Shown here: in pieces, positions 38,983 through 50,159 of the stretch
Numbering within the stretch: position 1 is the first letter of the stretch
Layout: each line of letters begins with the position of its first letter
Assembly: GCA_037127955.1 (NCBI GenBank)
Contig: JBAXXI010000002.1
Span: forward strand, 8,377 to 72,376
Direction: 5' to 3'
Length of the DNA: 64,000 nucleotides
Source: Candidatus Berkelbacteria bacterium
Lineage (GTDB): Bacteria; Patescibacteriota; UBA1384; UBA12157
The notes under the pieces: generated by a model
Seen by the model: the letters and a program-made list of their open reading frames with translations, nothing else
What the model was told of the DNA's origin: nothing
Databases searched by the model: none
Position numbers and translations under genes: made by a program

Positions 38983-39924
38983 ATGAATACACAAGAAATT
39001 TTTGATCTCGGTATTAAAATGGGGATGAAGGCCGACCCTCGTGGAAAAGTTGGCGTGAAACGCTGGTTGGATTTACAAAAAAAGAAATTTGATAAACTTT
39101 CTAAAGAGGAAAAAGAATTTTTTGATCTTGAACGACTGAACAATCCTTATGCCGACAGCCGGATTCATTTTGCTAATAAAAAACCAGTCAAAACAGTTTT
39201 GGCCGGAATTGATGTGGAAGTCGGTGAAATTGCCTTGATCAAGGCTTTAAATAAAAATATCGATCTGATAATTACTCATCATCCTCAAGGTAAATCACTG
39301 GTTGATCTGGATGTCAATATGTCTATGATGGCTGATATGCTGGCTAGTTATGGCGTGCCAATCAATGTCGCCGAAGGCGTGATGCGCGATCGAATTCAAA
39401 CCGTAGCTCGCCGTATTTCTCCAGAAAATCATTTTCAATCAATTGACGCTGCTAAAATGGCTGAAATTCAACTACTTAATCTGCATACGCCTTGCGATAA
39501 TTTAGTTTGGCAATTTTTAGAAGACTTAATGACCAAGAAAAAACCTGAAACCGTTGGCGAAATTGTTGAAGCACTTAAAACTGTACCAGAATATAAGCAA
39601 GCAGCTAAGGAAGGTGCTGGCCCGATGATTTTTGCCGGAGCCCCGGAAAACCGCTGTGGCAAAATCGCTGCATTTGACACCACTGGCGGCACCTCTGGTA
39701 GTAAAGAAATCTACCCAGAATTAGTCCGTGCCGGCATTGGTACCGTCATTGGCATGCATATGAACGAAGAAAACCGTGAAGAAGCGCTTAAAAATCACTT
39801 GAATATCGTTATTGCGGGACACATTAGTTCTGATTCACTTGGTATGAATTTATATCTTGACGAACTCGAAAAACAAGGTATCGAAATAGTACCAATTTCA
39901 GGGTTGATAAGAGTGAAAAGGTAG
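38983..39924 (+). CDS. Nif3-like (GTP cyclohydrolase 1 type 2 family) dinuclear-metal protein
   Basis: DLIITHHP motif and a C-terminal IVIAGHISSDSLGMN segment resembling the Nif3 AGHYxxE signature. Assigned from memory. Confidence 0.45.
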   Translation: MNTQEIFDLGIKMGMKADPRGKVGVKRWLDLQKKKFDKLSKEEKEFFDLERLNNPYADSRIHFANKKPVKTVLAGIDVEVGEIALIKALNKNIDLIITHHPQGKSLVDLDVNMSMMADMLASYGVPINVAEGVMRDRIQTVARRISPENHFQSIDAAKMAEIQLLNLHTPCDNLVWQFLEDLMTKKKPETVGEIVEALKTVPEYKQAAKEGAGPMIFAGAPENRCGKIAAFDTTGGTSGSKEIYPELVRAGIGTVIGMHMNEENREEALKNHLNIVIAGHISSDSLGMNLYLDELEKQGIEIVPISGLIRVKR

Positions 39925-39964
39925 TCATCCTGAACTTGTTTCAGGATCTACTCATGAAGGATAT

Positions 39965-40258
39965 ATGAAAAAACAATATTATACATATTTTTTAACAAAT
40001 AAAAATAATACGGTTTTATATATTGGTGTTACGAATAATTTAATCAGAAGAGTCTACGAACACAAAAATAAATTAATCGATGGTTTTACTTGTCATTACA
40101 ACCTGGATAAGCTAATTTATTTTGAATTATTAGATGATCCAAAAACAGCAATTGCAAGAGAAAAACAACTAAAAAATTGGCACAAAGATTGGAAATGGAA
40201 TTTGATAAAAGCAAATAATCCTAACTTAAAAGATTTATATGACGAGATGCTGAAATAA
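39965..40258 (+). CDS. GIY-YIG nuclease family protein (stand-alone, 97 aa)
   Basis: YTYFLTNKNNTVLYIGVTNNLIRRVYEHK is a GIY-YIG core. Confidence 0.85.
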   Translation: MKKQYYTYFLTNKNNTVLYIGVTNNLIRRVYEHKNKLIDGFTCHYNLDKLIYFELLDDPKTAIAREKQLKNWHKDWKWNLIKANNPNLKDLYDEMLK

Positions 40259-40278
40259 ATTCAGCATGACAAATGTTT

Positions 40279-41430
40279 TTATTTCATCGCTTTCTTAAGC
40301 TCTTCCACCTTATCTGTCTTTTCCCAAGTCAGGTTTAATTCTGTTCTACCAAAATGCCCATAAGCGGCTAGTTTTTGGTATACTGGTTTACGTAAATCTA
40401 GAGCCTCGATAATCATGCCTGGGCGTAAATCAAAAACTTTATTGACAGCTTCGGCAATCTTATCATCTTCAAACTTACCGGTACTAAAGGTATCAACTCG
40501 AACTGACATAGGCTCAGCTCGACCAATCGCATAAGCAATTTGCACTTCGGCGCGTTCAGCGAGCCCGGCAGCCACAATATTTTTGGCAACCCAACGGGCG
40601 GCATAACTACCAGATCGGTCAACCTTACTTGGATCTTTACCAGAGAAAGCACCGCCACCGTGGCGAGCATAACCGCCATAAGTATCGACGATAATTTTGC
40701 GACCAGTTAAACCAGTGTCGCCTTGAGGCCCACCAATCACGAAACGACCAGTAGTATTAACATAGAATTTAGTTTTACTGTCCAAATATTTCTCTGGAAC
40801 AACTTTTTTAATCACTAATTCGATAATTTCTTTTTGCAACTCTTTTTGTTTAATATTTTCATCGTGCTGAGCCGCGATTAAAACTGATTCAACTCTGACC
40901 GGTTTGTTACCATCGTACTCCACTGTGACCTGAGTCTTTCCATCTGGTCGAAGACCTTTGATAATCCCTTTTTTCCTAACTTCAGCTAAACGCGCAGCTA
41001 ATTTATGAGCTAAAACGATTGGTAAAGGCATAAGTTCCTTGGTTTCGGAACAGGCATAACCAAACATCAAACCTTGATCGCCGGCGCCAAGTTTCTCCAT
41101 ATTTTCCGCATCAACACCGCGAGCAATATCTACCGATTGACCAGTAATAGCCACATTGACGCCGCTAGTTTGCCAGTGGAAACCATATTCTGAGTCTGTA
41201 TAACCAATTTCTTTAATTTTGTTGCGAACAATCTTTTGAACATCAACATAAGTGTTAGTGGTAATTTCACCAGCAACCAAACAAAAACCATTAGTCAAAA
41301 AGGTTTCGCAAGCCACCCTAGCTTGAGGATCGTCAGTTAAAATTGCATCTAAAACCGCATCGGAAATTTGGTCAGCCATTTTGTCTGGGTGACCCTCGGT
41401 CACTGATTCGGAAGTAAAAAACTTTCGCAT
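40279..41430 (-). CDS. metK: S-adenosylmethionine synthetase
   Basis: [29 protein letters not shown] and DTYGG motifs. Confidence 0.97.
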   Translation of the reverse strand: MRKFFTSESVTEGHPDKMADQISDAVLDAILTDDPQARVACETFLTNGFCLVAGEITTNTYVDVQKIVRNKIKEIGYTDSEYGFHWQTSGVNVAITGQSVDIARGVDAENMEKLGAGDQGLMFGYACSETKELMPLPIVLAHKLAARLAEVRKKGIIKGLRPDGKTQVTVEYDGNKPVRVESVLIAAQHDENIKQKELQKEIIELVIKKVVPEKYLDSKTKFYVNTTGRFVIGGPQGDTGLTGRKIIVDTYGGYARHGGGAFSGKDPSKVDRSGSYAARWVAKNIVAAGLAERAEVQIAYAIGRAEPMSVRVDTFSTGKFEDDKIAEAVNKVFDLRPGMIIEALDLRKPVYQKLAAYGHFGRTELNLTWEKTDKVEELKKAMK

Positions 41431-41444
41431 TTTGTCCTTTCATT

Positions 41445-41580
41445 TACAAAAAAATCACCTTTTAAGGTGATGTATATTTTTACATTTTTCCCTAAAGGGT
41501 CGGAATTAGCACCCAACTTAAAGGGTTGCTGGTGGATCAACGGGCCGAATCCCTAACCACACTCTGAATATATTTTAGTT
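41445..41580 (-). promoter_or_regulatory. SAM-I (S-box) riboswitch in the metK leader, with intrinsic terminator as expression platform
   Basis: Minus-strand leader contains AGGGAUUCGGCCCGUUGAUCCACCAGCAACC … GGUGCUAAUUCCGACCC, matching the SAM-I core (GAGGGA-YGGCCCGAUGA…GGCAACC…GUGCYAAUUCC). This is followed by UCACCUUAAAAGGUGA and a U-run just before the metK ATG. Confidence 0.7.
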
Positions 41581-41592
41581 ATTAATAAATCG

Positions 41593-41653
41593 ATTGTAAT
41601 ATTAACCTGTATTTTTGTCAAATATTGACAAGAAAAATTAATTTTGCTAGTAT
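41593..41653. promoter_or_regulatory. divergent promoter region with palindromic -35 pair (TTGTCAAATATTGACAA)
   Basis: Minus strand: TTGACA-17-TACAAT drives the metK riboswitch leader. Plus strand: TTGACA-17-TAGTATAAT lies upstream of the 41703 gene. Confidence 0.55.
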
Positions 41654-41702
41654 AATCTCACTCCATTTTTTTGATGGAGGTTTTGTTACAAAGGAGACTG
41701 TT

Positions 41703-42119
41703 ATGAGCAAACATTACACTAAATCATGGCTTTTCCGTTGCGCTGACGATCGTTACGGAAAAAATTTGGAATTAAGAAATGGCCTTAAGGCTATTTTGAA
41801 CGATGCTGATGTCAAGGTTGCATTTGGACCCATGACTCCTTTTGGTAATTCTCTTGGTTTCACTAATCAAGATTTTTGCAATTATCTTCCAAGTGAAATC
41901 AAAACAGCTCGTCACCTTGGTATCGAAGAAATTATCTTCATCGATCACCTTGATTGCGGTGCTTTTTCTCTAACCTATGGTAAATTAACTGCCGAAGAAG
42001 AAGAGAAAAAACATCTCGAATCAATCGAGGTCGCCAGACGTTTCTTCAAGCAAAATGCACCGGACATGAAATTTGTCGCTTATCTACAAGATTTCGATAA
42101 TTTCAAAAAAATCTGCTAA
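41703..42119 (+). CDS. short beta-carbonic-anhydrase-like protein (139 aa)
   Basis: CADDR (CxDxR) and HLDCGA (HxxCG) zinc-ligand motifs of beta-CA. ATG at 41703 after AAAGGAG. Shorter than canonical beta-CA. Confidence 0.4.
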   Translation: MSKHYTKSWLFRCADDRYGKNLELRNGLKAILNDADVKVAFGPMTPFGNSLGFTNQDFCNYLPSEIKTARHLGIEEIIFIDHLDCGAFSLTYGKLTAEEEEKKHLESIEVARRFFKQNAPDMKFVAYLQDFDNFKKIC

Positions 42120-42296
42120 CTCCATCCCCGCACTCGATGCGGGGTTTTTATTTTAATAATAGTAATAATTAAAATATTTTAACCATGAACCAAAAAATAG
42201 GGGTGTTGATTTTGTTTGACACATATGTTAGCCTAAAAAAAGCACGACTAAAAATAGTAAAATAGATTTTTCTAATTTATAGATCTTATTTATATT

Positions 42297-43040
42297 ATGA
42301 ATATTTCCCTAGCCGCTGAAAAAATCATTGAATTCGGCCCAATCGCCATTACCAATACCATGTTGGTCACTTGGGTAGTGGTCGCTTTCTTAATTATTAT
42401 CAGTTATTTTGCCACCAGAAATATGCAAAAAGTTCCAGGTAAATTGCAAAATATTTTTGAATTTATTGTCGAAGCGCTTTTAGGCTTAATCGACTCGATC
42501 ACTCAGAACCGAGAGCAAAGCAAAAAATTCCTACCTCTTGTCGCTACCATTTTTTTATTCGTATTAACATCTAACTGGACTGGTTTGATTCCTGGGTTTG
42601 AAACCGTTGGTCGTTTCGAACATCATCATGGCGAAGAGGTTTTAATTCCATTTCTCAGATCGCCTGCTTCAGATTTAAACACCACTCTAGCCATTGCCAT
42701 TATCACCATGATCACTGTTCAAGTTTTTGGCGTGATTAGTGTTGGTTTCTTCCGTTACTTTAAAAAATTTGTTAACTTTAAAGGCCCAATCGAATGGTTT
42801 GTCGGTGTCGTTGAAAGTATTTCCGAATTTGCTAAAGTTATATCGTTTTCCTTCCGTTTATTTGGAAATGTTTTTGCCGGTAGCGTTTTGCTGGCCGTCA
42901 TTGCCAGCCTTCTAACCTTCATTGTGCCGATTCCTTTTTACGCCATGGAGGTTTTCGTTGGCGCCATTCAAGCCTTGGTTTTCGCCATGCTTGCCACTGT
43001 CTTTTTACAAATGGCCACCGTTGCTCATGACGAGCATTAA
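42297..43040 (+). CDS. atpB: F0F1 ATP synthase subunit a
   Basis: FRLFGNVFAG with the conserved Arg; 5-6 TM helices. Confidence 0.9.
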   Translation: MNISLAAEKIIEFGPIAITNTMLVTWVVVAFLIIISYFATRNMQKVPGKLQNIFEFIVEALLGLIDSITQNREQSKKFLPLVATIFLFVLTSNWTGLIPGFETVGRFEHHHGEEVLIPFLRSPASDLNTTLAIAIITMITVQVFGVISVGFFRYFKKFVNFKGPIEWFVGVVESISEFAKVISFSFRLFGNVFAGSVLLAVIASLLTFIVPIPFYAMEVFVGAIQALVFAMLATVFLQMATVAHDEH

Positions 43041-43056
43041 TTTATAGATTTATTAA

Positions 43057-43308
<252 letters not shown>

Positions 43309-43372
43309 AGTTAAACAAGTAAAGAGTTTTGCTCTTTACTGTTTACCCTTAAATTTTATATACGGAGGTCAC

Positions 43373-43855
43373 GTGGAAGCATTAGGTATAGAACTTAAAT
43401 TATTAATTGGTCAAATAGTCAACTTTGGCATTTTAGTCACAGCCTTGATTTTCTTTTTGTATAAACCAATTGTTAAAATGCTCGAAGATCGGCAAAAAAC
43501 TATTGCCGAATCCTTAGATAATGCTAAAAAGATTCAAATTAATTTGACCAAGAGTGAAACCAAAACCCGCGAAGCTCTAGACAAAGCTCAAGCTGAAGCT
43601 CGCAAAATGCTTGAAGAAACCAGCAAATCTGCAGTCGAACAAAAAAATAAGATTATTGCCGAAGCACAAGCTCAATCAGATAGAATCATCGAAAACTCAA
43701 AAGCTGAAGCTAAATCCATGAAAGACGATGTTGTTCGCGAAGCTAAAAAAGAAATTTCTTCAGTGGTTTTGGCCGCGTTAGACAAAATTATTTCCAAAGA
43801 TATTGATAGCGAAACAAAAGCAAAATTAACCAAAAAAGCTATAGACGAAATATAA
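43373..43855 (+). CDS. atpF: F0F1 ATP synthase subunit b
   Basis: N-terminal TM plus a long amphipathic helix. GTG start after GGAGG. Confidence 0.78.
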   Translation: MEALGIELKLLIGQIVNFGILVTALIFFLYKPIVKMLEDRQKTIAESLDNAKKIQINLTKSETKTREALDKAQAEARKMLEETSKSAVEQKNKIIAEAQAQSDRIIENSKAEAKSMKDDVVREAKKEISSVVLAALDKIISKDIDSETKAKLTKKAIDEI

Positions 43856-43858
43856 AAT

Positions 43859-43940
43859 AGTTTCCAGTTTCCAGTTCACAGTTTCCAATTAAATAAAAAA
43901 TTGAGAACTAAATGAGAACTGAAAATTGAGAACTGAGAAC
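43859..43940. repeat. heptamer-tandem palindromic element (GTTTCCA type) between atpF and atpH
   Basis: GTTTCCAGTTTCCAGTTCACAGTTTCCA-ATTAAATAAAAAATT-GAGAACTAAATGAGAACTGAAAATTGAGAACTGAGAAC. Confidence 0.75.
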
Positions 43941-43947
43941 CTAAATT

Positions 43948-44331
43948 ATGAAGATTTCTGCAAAAATTTACGCTCAAACCTTAATCCAGTCAGCCACAGA
44001 AGATAATTTGAAAAAATTAGCTAAAAGTTTTTGGTACAAATTACAGAAAAATAAACAGTACAAAGATATGAGTAAGGTTTTAGAAGCTATTGATGAAGAA
44101 TCGGCAAGACTTGATAATAAAATTTTAGCCAAAATTTATTCAAAAAATGAAATTTCCCAAACAGAGAAACAAGCCATAAACGAAAAACTCAAAAATAAAT
44201 TCAAAAAAGAAATAATTTTGCAAAATATTATTGGCAAAAATATCACCGGTATTATCGTTAAAGTTGAAGATAAAATTATTGATTTAAGTTTAGAAGGTAA
44301 ACTCGATAAACTCAAAAGAGTTTTAAATTAG
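43948..44331 (+). CDS. atpH: F0F1 ATP synthase subunit delta (short form)
   Basis: C-terminal …GIIVKVEDKIIDLSLEGKLDKLKRVL matches the delta/OSCP C-terminus. Operon position supports the call. Confidence 0.7.
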   Translation: MKISAKIYAQTLIQSATEDNLKKLAKSFWYKLQKNKQYKDMSKVLEAIDEESARLDNKILAKIYSKNEISQTEKQAINEKLKNKFKKEIILQNIIGKNITGIIVKVEDKIIDLSLEGKLDKLKRVLN

Positions 44332-44420
44332 TTTCCAGTAATCAGTTCCCAGTTCACAGTTAATTTTTAAAATTTAATAAATTGAGAATTAATTGAAAAT
44401 TGGAAATTGAAAACTGAAAA
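44331..44420. repeat. heptamer-tandem palindromic element (GTTTCCA type) between atpH and atpA
   Basis: GTTTCCAGTAATCAGTTCCCAGTTCACAGTT-AATTTTTAAAATTTAATAAATT-GAGAATTAATTGAAAATTGGAAATTGAAAACTGAAAA. Confidence 0.7.
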
Positions 44421-44433
44421 TTTAGGAGAAAAT

Positions 44434-45954
44434 ATGTCAAATAACATTATTGAACAATTAAAGGCTGAGATTTTAAACTTCGATGCCACAGTCAAAGAAG
44501 AGTCCACGGGTGAAGTCGCCGAAATCGGTGACGGTATCGCCAAAATCTATGGCTTAAAAGACGCCAAAAACGGTGAACTTTTAAACATTGAAGCCAAGAC
44601 CGGCGTGGTTACTGCCATGGTTTTAAACCTTGAAGAAACTTCTATCGGCGCCATTATTTTGGGCGATTATAAGAAAATTCAAGCTGGCGACAAAGTCACC
44701 ACCACTTCAAAAGTGGCAACAATTAATGTTTCTGAAGATATTGTTGGCCGCGTGGTTAACCCACTTGGTGTCGCTCTTGATGGCAAAGCCGATATCAAGC
44801 CTGGCAAAGCCATGTTAATTGAAAAAGTGGCCCCAGGCGTCATTACTCGTCAGGGTGTGTCCGTTCCACTTCAAACTGGTATGAAAGCCATTGACGCTTT
44901 GATTCCAATTGGTCGTGGCCAGCGCGAACTCATTATTGGTGACCGTGGTACCGGTAAAACTGCTATTGCCATCGACACCATTATTAACCAAAAAAGTTTA
45001 CCAAAAGATAAAAGACCGATTTGTATTTATGTCGCCATTGGTCAAAAGCAAAGTAAAGTCGCTCGTATCGCTGCCATTTTAGCCGAGCACGGCGCCATGG
45101 AATACACCACCATCGTTTTGGCTGGTGCCTCTGACCCAGCTCCTTTAAGCTATATTGCCCCTTATGCCGGTTGCGCTATTGGCGAATATTTTATGGAACA
45201 GGGTAAAGACGTTTTAATTGTTTTCGATGACTTAACCAAACATGCTTGGGCCTACCGACAGGTTTCCCTTTTGCTTCGTCGCCCACCAGGCCGTGAAGCT
45301 TACCCAGGCGATGTTTTCTATTTACACTCACGACTACTTGAACGATCCGCTCGCTTAAACAAAGAATATGGTGGCGGTTCCATGACTGCACTGCCAATCA
45401 TTGAAACCCAAGCCGGAGACGTTTCCGCTTACATTCCAACCAACGTTATTTCGATTACCGATGGTCAGATTTTCTTGGAAAGCGATTTATTCTACCAGGG
45501 CGTTCGCCCAGCTTTAAACATTGGTATTTCGGTTTCCCGTGTTGGCGGCGCCGCACAAATTAAAGCCATGAAAAAAGTTGCTGGTAAATTAAAACTTGAA
45601 ATGGCTCAGTACCGTGAAATGGCCGCTTTTGCCCAATTTGCTTCTGATTTAGACCCAGCGACCAAGAAAACCATTGAACGCGGCAAACGCATGACCGAGG
45701 TTTTAAAACAACCTCAATACCAACCAATGCCAGTTGAAGAACAAGTTTTGGTTTTATACGCGGTTTCCAACGGTTATTTAGACGCTTACGAAGTTTCCGA
45801 AATCAAAGAAATTGAAGCTGGTTTAGTTTTGAAAGCCCAAACCGCTGGTAAAGAAATATTAGCCGAAATCAGAGAAAAAGGTGTGATTGACGAGACTTTG
45901 GAGAAAAAAGTCAAAGAGTTCCTTGAGAAAAATACAAAAAAAGCCAGCGTATAA
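44434..45954 (+). CDS. atpA: F0F1 ATP synthase subunit alpha
   Basis: [18 protein letters not shown] Walker A. ATG at 44434 after AGGAGAA. Confidence 0.97.
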   Translation: MSNNIIEQLKAEILNFDATVKEESTGEVAEIGDGIAKIYGLKDAKNGELLNIEAKTGVVTAMVLNLEETSIGAIILGDYKKIQAGDKVTTTSKVATINVSEDIVGRVVNPLGVALDGKADIKPGKAMLIEKVAPGVITRQGVSVPLQTGMKAIDALIPIGRGQRELIIGDRGTGKTAIAIDTIINQKSLPKDKRPICIYVAIGQKQSKVARIAAILAEHGAMEYTTIVLAGASDPAPLSYIAPYAGCAIGEYFMEQGKDVLIVFDDLTKHAWAYRQVSLLLRRPPGREAYPGDVFYLHSRLLERSARLNKEYGGGSMTALPIIETQAGDVSAYIPTNVISITDGQIFLESDLFYQGVRPALNIGISVSRVGGAAQIKAMKKVAGKLKLEMAQYREMAAFAQFASDLDPATKKTIERGKRMTEVLKQPQYQPMPVEEQVLVLYAVSNGYLDAYEVSEIKEIEAGLVLKAQTAGKEILAEIREKGVIDETLEKKVKEFLEKNTKKASV

Positions 45955-45978
45955 ACACTGGCTACGATTTCAGATAAA

Positions 45979-46224
45979 TTATCCCCTTGATTCAACGCAA
46001 ACCTTAAATGGTTTAGCGGCTTCGATAAATTCTGAATGAAGTTGTTCGGATATCGGTGTACCTTCTGGCACTATGACCATAATTTCCATAGTTGCCTGTA
46101 ACACTTTTAAGTGATTCAAAGGAATTTTACTCTGAATCCGAACATCCGAAACGCGTCTGACCGAATCTTTAAGATCAGATGTCATTTCAGTCCAAGGAAT
46201 AAAAGTATCATTCTGATTATGCAT
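45979..46224 (-). CDS. small hypothetical protein (81 aa) encoded antisense between atpA and atpG
   Basis: ORF with strong RBS AAGGGGGTG 6 nt upstream of ATG. No family recognised. Confidence 0.35.
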   Translation of the reverse strand: MHNQNDTFIPWTEMTSDLKDSVRRVSDVRIQSKIPLNHLKVLQATMEIMVIVPEGTPISEQLHSEFIEAAKPFKVCVESRG

Positions 46225-46283
46225 TAGACACCCCCTTTATTACATAGTTTATATCATAAAAATATTAATTAGTCAAGAGAAAT

Positions 46284-47204
46284 ATGCCAAGCACACAAGA
46301 ATTTAGACGAAGAATTAAATCAGTTGGTTCGATTAAGCAAATTACCAAAGCCATGGAAATGATTGCTTCTATTAAGATGCAAAAATCGACCAAAACCATT
46401 GCCCAAGCCCGTAGTTATATTCAAAACGCTTGGAATATTTTACATTTGTTGGCTAGTAAAACTCTTGACCAAGACCACCCTTTACTTAAACCAAGAGAAG
46501 TTAAAAAAACGGCTGTCATTTTAATCACATCTGACCGGGGTCTTTGCGGATCTTATAATTCCGAGGTGATTAAAAAATTTGTCAATTTTGAAAAAAATGA
46601 ATGCGCTTGTAACAGCGAAACCAAAACATGTGGCGAATATTTGGGCAATTGCGATGTCATTGCTATTGGTAAAGTCGGCGCAGGGTATGTCAATCGCTAC
46701 AAAATCGGCAAACTAATTGCTGAATTCAAAGGCTTCGAGAACAACATTTCCATCGAAGACGTAGTACCGATTTCCAAACTCACCAATGGTGAGTATCTTG
46801 ACGGTCACTATGACCGAGTGGTGGTGATTTACAGTCACTTTATTTCGTCACTTAAACAACTGCCGGTCGTTAAACAAATTTTACCAATCGTTGAAGAACA
46901 TATCGACAACCCTGAACTTTGGGAAAAAGTTGAGATCGATGAAAACATTGATTTCAAGTTTGAACCAAATCCAGAAGCCGTCATTGATGGTGTTTTAAAA
47001 CAAATTGTCAGAAGCCAAATTCTCGGTGCTATATTAGAAGCAAATGCTTCAGAGCATTCAGCTCGTATGGTTGCTATGAAGAACGCCACGGACAATGCCA
47101 CCGATTTGGTTGATGAATTAAAACTGGTTTATAACAGTATTCGCCAAGGCAATATTACCAGCGAGATTGCTGAAATTTCCGGCGCCGCCGAAGCGATGAA
47201 ATAA
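46284..47204 (+). CDS. atpG: F0F1 ATP synthase subunit gamma
   Basis: N-terminal RRRIKSVGSIKQITKAMEMIASIKMQK and C-terminal LVYNSIRQGNITSEI(A)EI motifs. Confidence 0.9.
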   Translation: MPSTQEFRRRIKSVGSIKQITKAMEMIASIKMQKSTKTIAQARSYIQNAWNILHLLASKTLDQDHPLLKPREVKKTAVILITSDRGLCGSYNSEVIKKFVNFEKNECACNSETKTCGEYLGNCDVIAIGKVGAGYVNRYKIGKLIAEFKGFENNISIEDVVPISKLTNGEYLDGHYDRVVVIYSHFISSLKQLPVVKQILPIVEEHIDNPELWEKVEIDENIDFKFEPNPEAVIDGVLKQIVRSQILGAILEANASEHSARMVAMKNATDNATDLVDELKLVYNSIRQGNITSEIAEISGAAEAMK

Positions 47205-47221
47205 ATTTGCGCGCAAATTTA

Positions 47222-47323
47222 AAAATCCGAAATCAGAATTCTAAATGACAAATAAAATTCACGATTAATAAATTTTAAAATTGGACATTTTATTCGAAAT
47301 TCGAATTTCGTCATTCGGATTTA
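47222..47323. mobile_element. MITE-like repeat copy C (ORF-less) between atpG and atpD
   Basis: AAAATCCGAAATCAGAATTCTAAATGACAAATAAAATT…AATTGGACATTTTATTCGAAATTCGAATTTCGTCATTCGGATTT. Confidence 0.7.
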
Positions 47324-47371
47324 AAACAAATAAATATCATAAAAACTAAAAAAGATATTAAAAAGAGATAA

Positions 47372-48756
<1,385 letters not shown>

Positions 48757-48757
<1 letters not shown>

Positions 48758-48945
48758 TGACAAATCCTAATATTATAGAATACTTTTTAACTTTCTTATT
48801 TTTGGCTTCTTTAGTAGGTACAATTTTTGGATTTATTAAAAAAATAAAATGGCTAAAAATAACTGGTATTAGTGTCTTAATTCTTTTCTTGTTTTATATC
48901 GGTTTTATTAGCTGGATAGCTTTTCAAATAAGTAGTTGGGATTAA
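48757..48945 (+). CDS. small 2-TM membrane protein (62 aa) inserted between atpD and atpC
   Basis: ATG overlaps the atpD stop (TAATG). Two hydrophobic helices. Confidence 0.35.
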
Positions 48946-48949
48946 TTAA

Positions 48950-49363
48950 ATGAAAACATTCAATCTAAAACTTATCTCTCCCACTGGTATCAAGTACGAA
49001 GCTGAAGCAAATTCAGTCTTTTTGCCGACTCCAGACGGCGAAATTGAAGTTTTACCAGATCACATGCCTTTGGTAGCCTTGCTTTCACCGGGTGAAATCT
49101 TGATTAAACTTGATGGTAAAACTGAACATTTAGCCACCGATGGAGGTTTGGTTGAAATTAATAACAATACTGTCAAAATCATTGCCGATGCCGCCGAGTC
49201 TGCCGAAAACCTTGATGAATTAAAAATCATGGAAGCTAAAAAATTAGCCGAAGAAAGACTGGCCAACGCCAAAGACAATGTCGAATCCGCCGATGCCGCC
49301 GCTCACCTTGAAAAACAACTTTCCAGACTCCGAATTGTCACCAAGCACAAACATAGAAAATAA
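48950..49363 (+). CDS. atpC: F0F1 ATP synthase subunit epsilon
   Basis: N-terminal beta-sandwich (…VTPDGEIEVLPDHMPLVALL…) plus a C-terminal helical hairpin; 137 aa. Confidence 0.85.
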   Translation: MKTFNLKLISPTGIKYEAEANSVFLPTPDGEIEVLPDHMPLVALLSPGEILIKLDGKTEHLATDGGLVEINNNTVKIIADAAESAENLDELKIMEAKKLAEERLANAKDNVESADAAAHLEKQLSRLRIVTKHKHRK

Positions 49364-49383
49364 ATAATCAATCAAAGACACAA

Positions 49384-49416
49384 AAAACCGTTCTCAAAAT
49401 GAGAACGGTTTTTTGT
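49384..49416 (+). terminator. rho-independent terminator ending the atp operon
   Basis: AAAAAACCGTTCTC-AAAAT-GAGAACGGTTTTTT. Confidence 0.8.
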
Positions 49417-49460
49417 TGCATAGTACGCAAATTTAAATATTGTGATATAATTGATACAGT

Positions 49461-49558
49461 CTAAAGTTTAAAGATAAAAGTTGAAAGTTCATGGAATTAA
49501 TTATTTATATTAATGTTTTTCATATTACTTTAAACCTTTAACTTTATACTTTATACTA
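49461..49558. repeat. heptamer-tandem palindromic element (AAGTTTA type) upstream of PrgI-like gene
   Basis: CTAAAGTTTAAAGATAAAAGTTGAAAGTT - loop - ACTTTAAACCTTTAACTTTATACTTTATAC. Confidence 0.7.
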
Positions 49559-49588
49559 ACTTGGAGGAGGGATACTATTCAGTTTCAA

Positions 49589-50071
49589 GTGCCGCAAAAT
49601 ATAGATCTAGAGGACAAAATCGTCGGGCCACTCACGCTGACCCAGTTTTTGTATGTCCTAGGTGGTGGTTTGCTTGACTATATCTTGTTCCAATCTTTAG
49701 GTAAAAACTACTTCGGAATTTTCCTTTTAATCGGCGGCCCAATCGCCATCATTGCTTTGTCTTTAGCTTTTTTTAAGGTTCAAGAACAACCTTTGTCACA
49801 CTTTATTACTGTTGGTATCAGTTATTTAACTAGACCAAAAGTTAGAATCTGGAAAAGACTAGATAGCTACCCAACTGTTTTAACCGAACCACCAAAGAAA
49901 AAAGAAGAAGAACCGATTATTATTAAAAAACACTTAGAAAAAAGCGAATTAGACCAGTTAGCCTATAATTTAGACACTTTTCAGTCAGATAAACCAGAAG
50001 AGAAAAAGAAAATTGGCAGTATTACCAGCGCTTTTGAACAATTATTAAAAGAACAACCAAAACAAAAATAG
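49589..50071 (+). CDS. PrgI/VirB3-like T4SS membrane protein
   Basis: DKIVGPLTLTQFLYVLGGG followed by two TM helices. Sits upstream of the VirB4 genes as in Gram-positive T4SS. GTG start. Confidence 0.5.
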   Translation: MPQNIDLEDKIVGPLTLTQFLYVLGGGLLDYILFQSLGKNYFGIFLLIGGPIAIIALSLAFFKVQEQPLSHFITVGISYLTRPKVRIWKRLDSYPTVLTEPPKKKEEEPIIIKKHLEKSELDQLAYNLDTFQSDKPEEKKKIGSITSAFEQLLKEQPKQK

Positions 50072-50146
50072 ACTTATAGTAATTAAGACTTTTAGACTTA
50101 TAGAGGCGAACTATAAGCCTATAGATCTAAAAGTCTATAAGTCTGA
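50071..50146. repeat. heptamer-tandem palindromic element (TAAGACT/TATAGAC type) upstream of 50160 gene
   Basis: GACTTATAGTAATTAAGACTTTTAGACTTATAGAGG-CGAAC-TATAAGCCTATAGATCTAAAAGTCTATAAGTCTG. Confidence 0.65.
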
Positions 50147-50159
50147 TGCAGGAGGGGAA

